A stretch of DNA of 64,000 nt from Bacteroidia bacterium (GTDB lineage: Bacteria > Bacteroidota > Bacteroidia > NS11-12g > UBA955), in NCBI GenBank assembly GCA_044341025.1, contig JBIISM010000013.1, forward strand, positions 643 through 64,642. Direction: 5' to 3'. Below the pieces are notes generated by a model that saw only the letters and a list, made by a program, of their open reading frames with translations, had not been told where the DNA came from and did not search any database. The position numbers and the translations under genes were made by a program. Below, in pieces: positions 18,655 through 25,925 of this stretch; the stretch's first letter is position 1, and every line of letters starts with the position of its first letter.

Positions 18655-20103
18655 TTGTCACCAATAAAGATTAATATGAATTTAAAACATCTACTAACAA
18701 TTACAATTGCTGCATTGTTTTTAATGATTGCCGGCTCCTCTTCCGTAGTAAAGCTTCAAATGTTGCCTTCTCAGAAATTAGACGCAATAGTTAAAACAGT
18801 TCCAATAATAAAAACTACAACAAAGGATTTAGTCTTTTGTGTCTTACAAAATGAATTTTCAACTGAAGGTACTCAATCAGAAATTGAGAATATCCTTAGT
18901 AACAATGGTATAAGTGTAGTAGATATTAAAAATGCTCAACAAATTTATCAGGAACAAATTTTAAATAAAAATAGCCAAAAGACAACAATCGATTATTACA
19001 TATATATTGAAGAGGATAAAATAATTAACACTAATAACGAAGGGGATAATAAAAACTATTATTACCAGCTAATTGATGCAAAAAATTTTAAAGTAGTATT
19101 TGCTTCAAAGATAAACACTATTTCTTTTGAAAATTTCATGGAACCGTTCAATGGTGGTTCTAAAAAGATTGATTTGTCTTTTATTCAGTTTTACAAAACA
19201 AAAGCTTATTTAAAATATAATGAACTAATTGATTTAAAAAAAGATGATGAAATTTTAAAACAATCAGAAGTATTAATATCGGAAGGTAAATCGAAGTCAT
19301 TTCCTGAAAATACAAAATCGAAAGTTAAAGAAAGTTATTATTTAGATCAATATGCAATTTGTCTAAACCTTGCAACGCAATATTTACTAAACAAAGAATT
19401 TAGTAAATGTAATGAAGCTTCTAAGTTAGCCGTTACAATAGGTGAAAAAGTTACAAGATTATACAACAAAGAGACAGCTTATCTTGAAAAATTGAAAAAA
19501 AGTTCTTATATATATGAGACTGCTATTCAAGATTCTATTTATAGTTCAATTCAAAATTTAAGCGGAACTAAAAAATCTATCAATATTAGTAATGATTACA
19601 AAAATCCAGGTTACCAAATTGATAATAATGGTAGGATAAAAAAACTTTTATATTCAAATGCTGTTGTAACTTTATTTAAAACAAATCATAACATTTTAGA
19701 TATTTATGAACGGGAAATGGTTGATGATATACTAAATACAAACACAGAAGTTACACAAAAAGCAAAAGGTAATACTTCAGGTGCTGATTATTTATTATCT
19801 ATAACTCAAAATTCTTGGTCTATTCCAAGGGCAACTATAGAATATAAAAGTGAAAAAACTACAAATCGTGCAGGTGAACCAACTGTTGTTAGTTATAAAG
19901 TATTTAATTATGATATTAATTGTAAAATAACGGTTAAAATCACAAACAATAATAATGCAATCATTATTGGTTCAACTTCATTAGATTACTCCCAAAAGGG
20001 TTCATATAGAGAAGAGCAATTTTTTTCCAATTCGGCAATATTTAATGGGTTATTTGATGATGGTAAATTAAATAGTTTTTTCTCTAAAACCGTTAAATGG
20101 TAA
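18655..20103 (+). CDS. Exported hypothetical protein with helical middle and CsgG/HfaB-like segments
   Basis: N-terminal signal; DIYEREMVDDIL...GADYLLSIT resembles the CsgG fold. Confidence 0.5.
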   Translation: MSPIKINMNLKHLLTITIAALFLMIAGSSSVVKLQMLPSQKLDAIVKTVPIIKTTTKDLVFCVLQNEFSTEGTQSEIENILSNNGISVVDIKNAQQIYQEQILNKNSQKTTIDYYIYIEEDKIINTNNEGDNKNYYYQLIDAKNFKVVFASKINTISFENFMEPFNGGSKKIDLSFIQFYKTKAYLKYNELIDLKKDDEILKQSEVLISEGKSKSFPENTKSKVKESYYLDQYAICLNLATQYLLNKEFSKCNEASKLAVTIGEKVTRLYNKETAYLEKLKKSSYIYETAIQDSIYSSIQNLSGTKKSINISNDYKNPGYQIDNNGRIKKLLYSNAVVTLFKTNHNILDIYEREMVDDILNTNTEVTQKAKGNTSGADYLLSITQNSWSIPRATIEYKSEKTTNRAGEPTVVSYKVFNYDINCKITVKITNNNNAIIIGSTSLDYSQKGSYREEQFFSNSAIFNGLFDDGKLNSFFSKTVKW

Positions 20104-20465
20104 AAATAAATTTAACTATTTTTTTAAAAGTTATATTTGTTTTTTCTTTGTTAGGAGTTCCTTTAATTTTAGGGGTAATAATTTATCAAAATATTTATTG
20201 CATTAATTCTGGTATTGCTGATTATTTGCCAGACGCATTGTGGTCATGTTCATTATCGTTAGTCATATTAAAATTATGGAGCTGGAGATTAGACTTATAT
20301 AATATCAGTATAATTATATTTACACCAATTTTATTTGAGTTTTTACAGTACATAAATGTGTTTGAAGGCACAGCAGATATATTAGATATTGTTGTTTATT
20401 TGATTTCAATTTTTATTACAATTTTATTTGTGTCAGTTTTTAAGAAATTGAGAAAAGAAAAATGA
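20097..20465 (+). CDS. Small membrane protein (VanZ/DUF2809-like)
   Basis: Four TM helices with YLPDALWS, FEFLQ and GTADILDI motifs; overlaps the upstream stop. Confidence 0.6.
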   Translation: MVKINLTIFLKVIFVFSLLGVPLILGVIIYQNIYCINSGIADYLPDALWSCSLSLVILKLWSWRLDLYNISIIIFTPILFEFLQYINVFEGTADILDIVVYLISIFITILFVSVFKKLRKEK

Positions 20466-20521
20466 TTACATACGATAATTTTCTAGAAGACATATCGAAA
20501 TTTTATTTCACTTACTTCGTT

Positions 20522-20628
20522 GGTAAGGAATGGGAACACTTGAAACAGCATACCGAAAAGGACAAAGAAAACCAAAACGAAAAGGTAAGCGAATTAAGGC
20601 AGCAAGGGAAAAGTTATAGGGAAATAGC
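20522..20628 (+). pseudogene. Second remnant of the AAA/HTH 3' end
   Basis: GKEWEHLKQHTEKDKENQNEKVSELRQQGKSYREIA, homologous to 17689-17796. Confidence 0.6.
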
Positions 20629-20793
20629 GTTTGAAGATAGGATGCTTTGTGCAGCACCGATTTAGAATTAATAAATACTTCGCTTACATTATCTTTTGAA
20701 GATTCAATCCAATATCCATTTATTTCGTTTTGCATTGTAATAGTATAATGCACAAAGAACGAAAAGAATTTTATTAGTTGTTAGCTTTTTAAG

Positions 20794-21045
20794 TTATAAA
20801 TCAATTTCAGAATCTATGAAGATTGGTTTATCAAGGCTCGTTCCCCATTTTGACAGGTGCAATTTAAGTACATTTGCCATATAGAAGGTGTTAGCATAGT
20901 CGTTCAAAAAAATTCCTATGAAGGGGTTGCACGATTGAACAACTATTAAATATTGGGCTGGGGTTAATATATTGCTTTCCCCCAATTTAATAAGTTCTTT
21001 AATGCTATTTACTTTTAGTTTAGTTTCTTTGTTTTCCATTATCAT
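20794..21045 (-). CDS. Small hypothetical protein coupled to terS
   Basis: Overlaps the terS stop by 4 nt; a paralog lies at 16395-16634. Confidence 0.65.
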   Translation of the reverse strand: MIMENKETKLKVNSIKELIKLGESNILTPAQYLIVVQSCNPFIGIFLNDYANTFYMANVLKLHLSKWGTSLDKPIFIDSEIDL

Positions 21046-21524
21046 AAAGGGTTTATATCGTTTGAATATTTAACTATTACTTCAATCGGCTTAAATTGTT
21101 CTTTCTCTTCAATAGTTGCTTTGTCTGTCATTCCTAATTTGTTTTTAGCATAGAATATACCTTTGCCCTCATTTGCGACAATATCAATCGAAAGTGCATC
21201 AAATATACCCTCAATGTTTTTTATAGTGTGCATTACCGTTTCGTTTTCACTTCTTAACCAGTTGTAATAAGTTGACCTGCACAATGTCGGCTTTTCTTTT
21301 AAAGGCAGCCATATTTTAAGAAAGTATGCAATTGTTGGCAAATGCCTGTCAGATATTAGAACAACCTTACCGCTTGCTGTTGGGTGTTCTTTTTTATGGT
21401 TTAAACATTCTTTTATGTATTCCCATGCAAAAAGTTCTAATTGTTCTGGTGTTATTTCGTGTCTTAAAGTCATTTTTGTTTTAATTGATTTTACCTTTGA
21501 ATTATTAAAAGCACCATGCATCAA
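21042..21524 (-). CDS. Putative terminase small subunit (P22 gp3-like DNA-packaging protein)
   Basis: TPEQL..AWEYI, LPTIAYF, RSTYYNW and IFYAKNKLGMTDK align by eye with gp3-type TerS motifs. Confidence 0.65.
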   Translation of the reverse strand: MMHGAFNNSKVKSIKTKMTLRHEITPEQLELFAWEYIKECLNHKKEHPTASGKVVLISDRHLPTIAYFLKIWLPLKEKPTLCRSTYYNWLRSENETVMHTIKNIEGIFDALSIDIVANEGKGIFYAKNKLGMTDKATIEEKEQFKPIEVIVKYSNDINPL

Positions 21525-21540
21525 AAACTTTTGATGTACT

Positions 21541-21583
21541 ATCTTTAAATATCTTTATTAAATACCTTTATTATATATCTTTA
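21541..21583. repeat. Four A(T/C)CTTTA heptamers between rep and terS
   Basis: Copies at 21541, 21551, 21564 and 21577. Confidence 0.55.
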
Positions 21584-21597
21584 TAATGATACATTGT

Positions 21598-22548
21598 TTA
21601 AGATGTTGTTCTTTTGTTGTTCAATTGTTCTTTTATGGTTGCCTCAATTGTTGTAGTTATAATTTGTTGCTTCCACTTTTTATAGTTCTCAATGCTATTT
21701 TTAGCTTTAATATTTTCAGCATGTTCAACTAATTTTTGTAGTGGATATTTTTTGTTAATAGAAACCCAAATGCCTCGAGTACGATTAGAATAAATATTTA
21801 CATTCCAATTCAATTGCAGAATGTCTAAGAGTTTTTCCCAGTGGTGTCGCTTTTCATATTTGCTTTTTAATTCATCGTTTTTAATATCTGAAAACATACG
21901 ATTAAGAATTAATCCCTTATTTATTTTTGCAAATGATTTAATGCCAATAATTGAATTGATTGAAACAAATGCCAACAGTTGAATAATTTCAAATTCATGT
22001 CTATTAGAATCTCTATAATCAAATAACAAGTGTGTTCCTATCATTGGCATTATCTCTTTAGGCTTTATTTGCATTTTAATGCATTTTGCAGTGTTTTTTA
22101 TTGTAGGGATGTCGCCGCTCAGATTCAGGAGCTTTAGAGCTTGTTTAATGCGGTAAAATTCAATACACAATGATTCAAACAATGAATCAACTTCAAACAA
22201 GTTTAACAACTCATTTATTTCATCTTCTGGGTTGAAATTTTCGTCACTGAATCCATTATAATCGTCGTCTTTTCCAAAATATTCAAATTCTTGTTTTTTT
22301 AATTTTTTAATAATATCTGAATCCAAATTTCCTCTGTAATTATTATAACATATTTGCCTTGCAACATTGTTTAAATCATATTCAATAGCCATTGCATAAC
22401 GGTAAATCCCATAATTTAAAATATTATTTATTGATTCAACTTTGTTTTCTAAGATATCATGCAATAAAAACAGTGGGAATTGAACATATTTTCTAGGCAA
22501 AGATTTTTCAATAGTTAAATTATTAGCCACAATTACAACTCCCCCCAT
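21598..22548 (-). CDS. Hypothetical protein, possibly a replication initiator
   Basis: Position after int-xis; Thr/Asn/Gln-rich C-terminus encoded by short DNA repeats. No diagnostic motif recognised. Confidence 0.5.
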   Translation of the reverse strand: MGGVVIVANNLTIEKSLPRKYVQFPLFLLHDILENKVESINNILNYGIYRYAMAIEYDLNNVARQICYNNYRGNLDSDIIKKLKKQEFEYFGKDDDYNGFSDENFNPEDEINELLNLFEVDSLFESLCIEFYRIKQALKLLNLSGDIPTIKNTAKCIKMQIKPKEIMPMIGTHLLFDYRDSNRHEFEIIQLLAFVSINSIIGIKSFAKINKGLILNRMFSDIKNDELKSKYEKRHHWEKLLDILQLNWNVNIYSNRTRGIWVSINKKYPLQKLVEHAENIKAKNSIENYKKWKQQIITTTIEATIKEQLNNKRTTS

Positions 22549-22684
22549 ATAAGCAAATTAAAATAGCAAGTGTTTCAGGCTCTATAGAGAGCTTTGATGA
22601 TAGTTTCTTTAGTGTTGCGATTGAGATGTTAGACAAGTGTTTCACAGTGTCTAATAATGCAAATAAATCCGTTTTGTTTCCCAT
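22523..22684 (-). CDS. Possible 53-aa protein between xis and rep
   Basis: Open frame MGNKTDLFALLD...CNCG-stop fills the intergenic gap; it is below the ORF-track cutoff. Confidence 0.3.
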   Translation of the reverse strand: MGNKTDLFALLDTVKHLSNISIATLKKLSSKLSIEPETLAILICLYGGSCNCG

Positions 22685-22701
22685 ACTATAATATCTTTGT
22701 A

Positions 22702-23058
22702 TTAGTATAATTTGGAAGTACTTTCTACTTTTTTCAATCCATCGAGTGTTGCCTTTGCAATTTCTGAATTTGTTTCTCTTCTCCCAGACTTTAAATAGTC
22801 CATCAATTCAGATTCGACAAAATAAAGTCGGTTGTTTTGTTTTAAACATGGTAATTCCCTTTTACTGACTTTAGAATAAATAGTTGGGACACTTAGATTT
22901 AAGAAACTTCCTGCTTGTTTAATCGTCAATAAATTATCTTTATTGTTAGTCAGGTTTTTTTCACTTGATAATAGGTTTTCTATAGTTTCAAGTTTTTGGA
23001 ATAGAATGCTTACCATCTCGGGAAGCATATCAAAGGAAATTTTATTGTTTGGTGTCAT
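22702..23058 (-). CDS. HTH_17-type excisionase / DNA-binding protein
   Basis: LLTIKQAGSFLNLSVPTIYSKVSKRELP...LYF..SEL..YL.SGR. Confidence 0.88.
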   Translation of the reverse strand: MTPNNKISFDMLPEMVSILFQKLETIENLLSSEKNLTNNKDNLLTIKQAGSFLNLSVPTIYSKVSKRELPCLKQNNRLYFVESELMDYLKSGRRETNSEIAKATLDGLKKVESTSKLY

Positions 23059-23207
23059 TACTAAGATTATATTGTTTTAGTATGCGAATACAATGTTCTC
23101 TTAATAATTGTTGATAATTGACTTGTTTTTATTCCGTATAGTTTTGTTTAAGTGTGTTTTTTATGGGGTTTAAGCAATTTTTATTGATATTAAAATTGTG
23201 AATAATT

Positions 23208-24470
23208 TTAAAAGCTAATTAATTTTTTAGCATTATCTTTTTTAAGTTCATCTGGGAATTTCGCAATATAGTTTTCAGTGGTTTTAAGGTTGCTATGGTT
23301 CAAAGCTTCTTTAACATATTCAGAACCAAAGCCCATTCTAATCGCTCTGGTTGCAAATGAATGTCGAGCCCAATATGATGAAATCTTCTCTTCAACGCCA
23401 AGACTTAAAGCATATTTTTTAAAATGTTGATTTACAAAACGGGTAAAGTTTTGTGTTTTGGTTCTTTGTATCTCATTTGATTGGCTAATATCTAAAATTG
23501 GAAATATGTAGTTTTTGTCGCTTCTGTCTCTATTCCCATATTGTTCAATGACTTGTTTTGCAAAGTCAGTTAAATAAACTTTTACGGGCTTCAACTTGTC
23601 TTTTTTTGTCCTAATTGTTTTAGCTCTGTAAAATGTAAACATGTCACTCTGCATGTCTTTATATTTCAAGTTTAAAATGTCTTTCATGTTTATTCCATTG
23701 CATATGTATGAGAAAAACCAAAATGCCTTAGCTTTTTCTTGTTCTGTAGTTAATGGGTTGCCTTCAAAAAGTATTTTAAGCTGATTATCTGTCAAAGCCC
23801 TGTTTGAATTTTCAGCCGATGGCGGCGTGTAAAGATTTCTATCTTCACTCCCAAAGGGATAAATTGATTTATCGATTGTATTATCATTAATAGCTTTGTT
23901 GAAAATAGTTCTTAATGCCCTAACATACATTGAAACTGTTGTCCTACTTCTCTTTAAATCATTCAACATGAATCTTTCATAATCCTCTAAGAAGTCTTTG
24001 TTTATATCATGGAATGATATTTTCAGGATTTCTTTGTTACTTGTTGACCTAATGAAATTAATAATTGACTTTAAACTCAAACTGTAATTTGAAGCAGTTG
24101 AAATTTGACCGTTTTTTTGTAGCTTTTTGATTGCAAGTTCATAATGCTCAATAACATTTTCCTTATCAAACTTAATCCCAAACATGGTTTTTTCAAAAAC
24201 TTCAATATTAAAGGGTTTAATTTCCTTTGCTATTGTTATTGCTTCGTGTTCAATCGTCTTAAGTTTAAATTGCAATTCTTTAAATTCATTTTTGGGCTTT
24301 TGTGTTTCCCAAACTCTTGAAAATTCATCTTCAGTCATGTTAAAGCCAATATTGAAATATTTTCGCTCAGTGGTCTGTAATAAATACACTTTAAGTTTTA
24401 CTGGATATTTACCTTCCTTCAAAGCTCTTCTTGTATCTAAGTAGATTGAAATTGCAAATTCTTCTTTCAT
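23208..24470 (-). CDS. int: Tyrosine integrase (arm-binding, SAM-like and catalytic domains)
   Basis: IYLDTRR...YPVKL N-terminus; NGINMKD, RAKT, ARHSFAT and HSNLKTTENY motifs; adjacent to attR. Confidence 0.95.
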   Translation of the reverse strand: MKEEFAISIYLDTRRALKEGKYPVKLKVYLLQTTERKYFNIGFNMTEDEFSRVWETQKPKNEFKELQFKLKTIEHEAITIAKEIKPFNIEVFEKTMFGIKFDKENVIEHYELAIKKLQKNGQISTASNYSLSLKSIINFIRSTSNKEILKISFHDINKDFLEDYERFMLNDLKRSRTTVSMYVRALRTIFNKAINDNTIDKSIYPFGSEDRNLYTPPSAENSNRALTDNQLKILFEGNPLTTEQEKAKAFWFFSYICNGINMKDILNLKYKDMQSDMFTFYRAKTIRTKKDKLKPVKVYLTDFAKQVIEQYGNRDRSDKNYIFPILDISQSNEIQRTKTQNFTRFVNQHFKKYALSLGVEEKISSYWARHSFATRAIRMGFGSEYVKEALNHSNLKTTENYIAKFPDELKKDNAKKLISF

Positions 24471-24491
24471 TTTTAATCTTTTAAGTTATTA

Positions 24492-24524
24492 CAAAGATAA
24501 GCATTTGCACATAATTTGCACAAA
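24492..24524 (-). promoter_or_regulatory. Integrase promoter overlapping arm-type sites
   Basis: Minus-strand TATCTTTG at 24492-24499 and TTTG at 24521-24524 with 21-nt spacing. Confidence 0.5.
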
Positions 24525-24544
24525 AAATAACAAATTTGCACAAA
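24502..24544 (+). repeat. Putative integrase arm-type sites, right end
   Basis: 23-bp copy of 9914-9936 plus a third TTTGCACAAA at 24535. Confidence 0.7.
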
Positions 24545-24634
24545 AATAAACATAATAAAACATAGTAGGCATATTTTAAAACTCTATATTTGTAAAGGGT
24601 TTGCGCACTAATGCAAAGTTAAGATATATCGTTT

Positions 24635-24686
24635 GCATCTGCCTTACAAGCAGAGGGTCACTGGTTCGAACCCAGTAGCTCCCACT
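24635..24686 (+). repeat. attR: 52-bp duplicate of the tRNA-Val 3' part
   Basis: Identical to 9816-9867; lacks the tRNA 5' part. Confidence 0.95.
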
Positions 24687-24689
24687 GAT

Positions 24690-24736
24690 AAGAGAGTGAA
24701 TGTGAAAGCGAATGCGGAAACTTCACTCTCTTTTTT
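24690..24736 (+). terminator. Probable original tRNA-Val terminator
   Basis: AAGAGAGTGAA...TTCACTCTCTT stem followed by a T-run, directly after attR. Confidence 0.6.
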
Positions 24737-24894
24737 CATTCACACTCATTCTCACATTCGCTCTAAAAACTCTCTAATTTCAATTTGTACATTTTTGAAT
24801 TATTGCTTAATTTTACTATTATGTGTTATTTTTATATACTTTATTCAAACATGCTTGACAAATACTACATAGGTCATACTTGTGATGTGTTAAA

Positions 24895-24927
24895 TACCAC
24901 CTTCGCCAAGCGCCAAACCGTTACTTG
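24895..24927 (+). other. attC-like 3' remnant (core-site side)
   Basis: ACCACCTTCGCCAAGCGCCAAACCGTTACTTG, ending in a GTT core. Confidence 0.45.
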
Positions 24928-24966
24928 TCCGAAACCATTATAAGTGAAATAAATTTGTAAGAATCA

Positions 24967-24999
24967 TTTTAATGTAGTTACTTTGTAATTACATTAAAA
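24967..24999. promoter_or_regulatory. TA operator palindrome
   Basis: TTTTAATGTAGTTA-CTTTG-TAATTACATTAAAA: a 14-bp inverted repeat with one mismatch, 8 nt before mazE. Confidence 0.65.
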
Positions 25000-25007
25000 T
25001 TTAGACA

Positions 25008-25253
25008 ATGGATATTCCTTTAATCTCAATTGGAAACTCAAAAGGTATTAGACTTTCCAAAACAATACTTGAAAAATATAATATTCAAGATACTGTCGAA
25101 TTAATATTTGAAAAAGGTTTTATTATTTTAAAACCGAAGACTTCAGCTAGAAATGGTTGGGAGAAGTCTTTTAAGAAAATGCACGAAAATGGAGATGACA
25201 ACCAATTAATGGCAGACGTATTTAATGACGAAAGTTTTGAAGAATGGAAATAA
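25008..25253 (+). CDS. mazE: AbrB/MazE-family antitoxin
   Basis: LISIGNSKGIRLSK N-terminus; overlaps the toxin start. Confidence 0.92.
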   Translation: MDIPLISIGNSKGIRLSKTILEKYNIQDTVELIFEKGFIILKPKTSARNGWEKSFKKMHENGDDNQLMADVFNDESFEEWK

Positions 25254-25567
25254 AACAGTATGAAATTGTTTTGGTTAATCTTGACCCTACAATCGGCAGT
25301 GAAATGAAAAAGACTCGCCCATGCGTTGTAATTTCTCCCAACGAAATGAATAAATATTTGCAGACAATTGTTATTGCCCCTATGACAAGCAATTCTAAAA
25401 GTTATCCGACAAGAGTTGCAGTTAAACATAATAAAACAAAAGGCTGGGTTGTTCTTGATCAAATAAGAACTATTGACAGACAACGTATTGTGAAAATTCT
25501 TGATAAACTTTCCGAAAAAGATATTGATGAAGTCAAGACAATTATTCACGAGACATATGTAGCATAA
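25244..25567 (+). CDS. mazF: PemK/MazF-family mRNA interferase toxin
   Basis: VNLDPTIGSEMKKTRPCVVIS...VIAPMTS...LDQIRTID. Confidence 0.95.
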   Translation: MEIKQYEIVLVNLDPTIGSEMKKTRPCVVISPNEMNKYLQTIVIAPMTSNSKSYPTRVAVKHNKTKGWVVLDQIRTIDRQRIVKILDKLSEKDIDEVKTIIHETYVA

Positions 25568-25577
25568 AAACAAACGT

Positions 25578-25605
25578 CAGGTAACTACACGTACCAAAAA
25601 TGCGG
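25578..25605 (+). other. attC-like 5' remnant (inverse core site)
   Basis: CAGGTAAC 10 nt after the mazF stop; it is the reverse complement of GTTACTTG (24920) at 7 of 8 positions. Confidence 0.45.
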
Positions 25606-25925
25606 TTATTCGGCTTCGGCATTTGCAAAAGCGGTCGCTCCCGAGTCGCTAGATATTTAAGATATTTCATCTTTAAACTTATGCACAAAGCGAAAATCAC
25701 TTCAGAATCAAAGTTGAAACGTCACCATTCTAAATAGCTCATAATGTTGCAGCTGGTCTTCAGGGTTTTCTAAATAAATTTAATGGTTATTTGGGTCCTC
25801 TAACAGATGAAATCAATCAATACAGCGCTAGGATAGATCTTTAATTTTCAAAAAACTGCTTTAATCTCTAGGATATTTTAATTCAAGTATTTTGAGATAT
25901 TTCCCCCTAAATTTGAACTGCCTTT

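Larger units (their letters stand above)
9816..24686. mobile_element. tRNA-Val-integrated genomic island (satellite/PICI-like composite, about 14.8 kb)
   Basis: Flanking 52-bp att repeats, tyrosine integrase next to attR, shared arm-type repeats at both ends, visibly AT-richer cargo. Confidence 0.92.

Noticed and set aside
9816-24686. Island as a complete or inducible prophage, or as a conjugative element
   Set aside because: No capsid, portal, large terminase, tail, lysis, relaxase or T4SS genes are recognisable, and 14.8 kb is too small.
24633-24872. 79-aa ORF beginning MHLPYKQRVTGSNPVAPT
   Set aside because: It is a translation of the attR tRNA fragment and terminator (shadow ORF).
25085-25573. 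162-aa minus-strand ORF
   Set aside because: It is antisense to the clearly recognisable mazEF genes.
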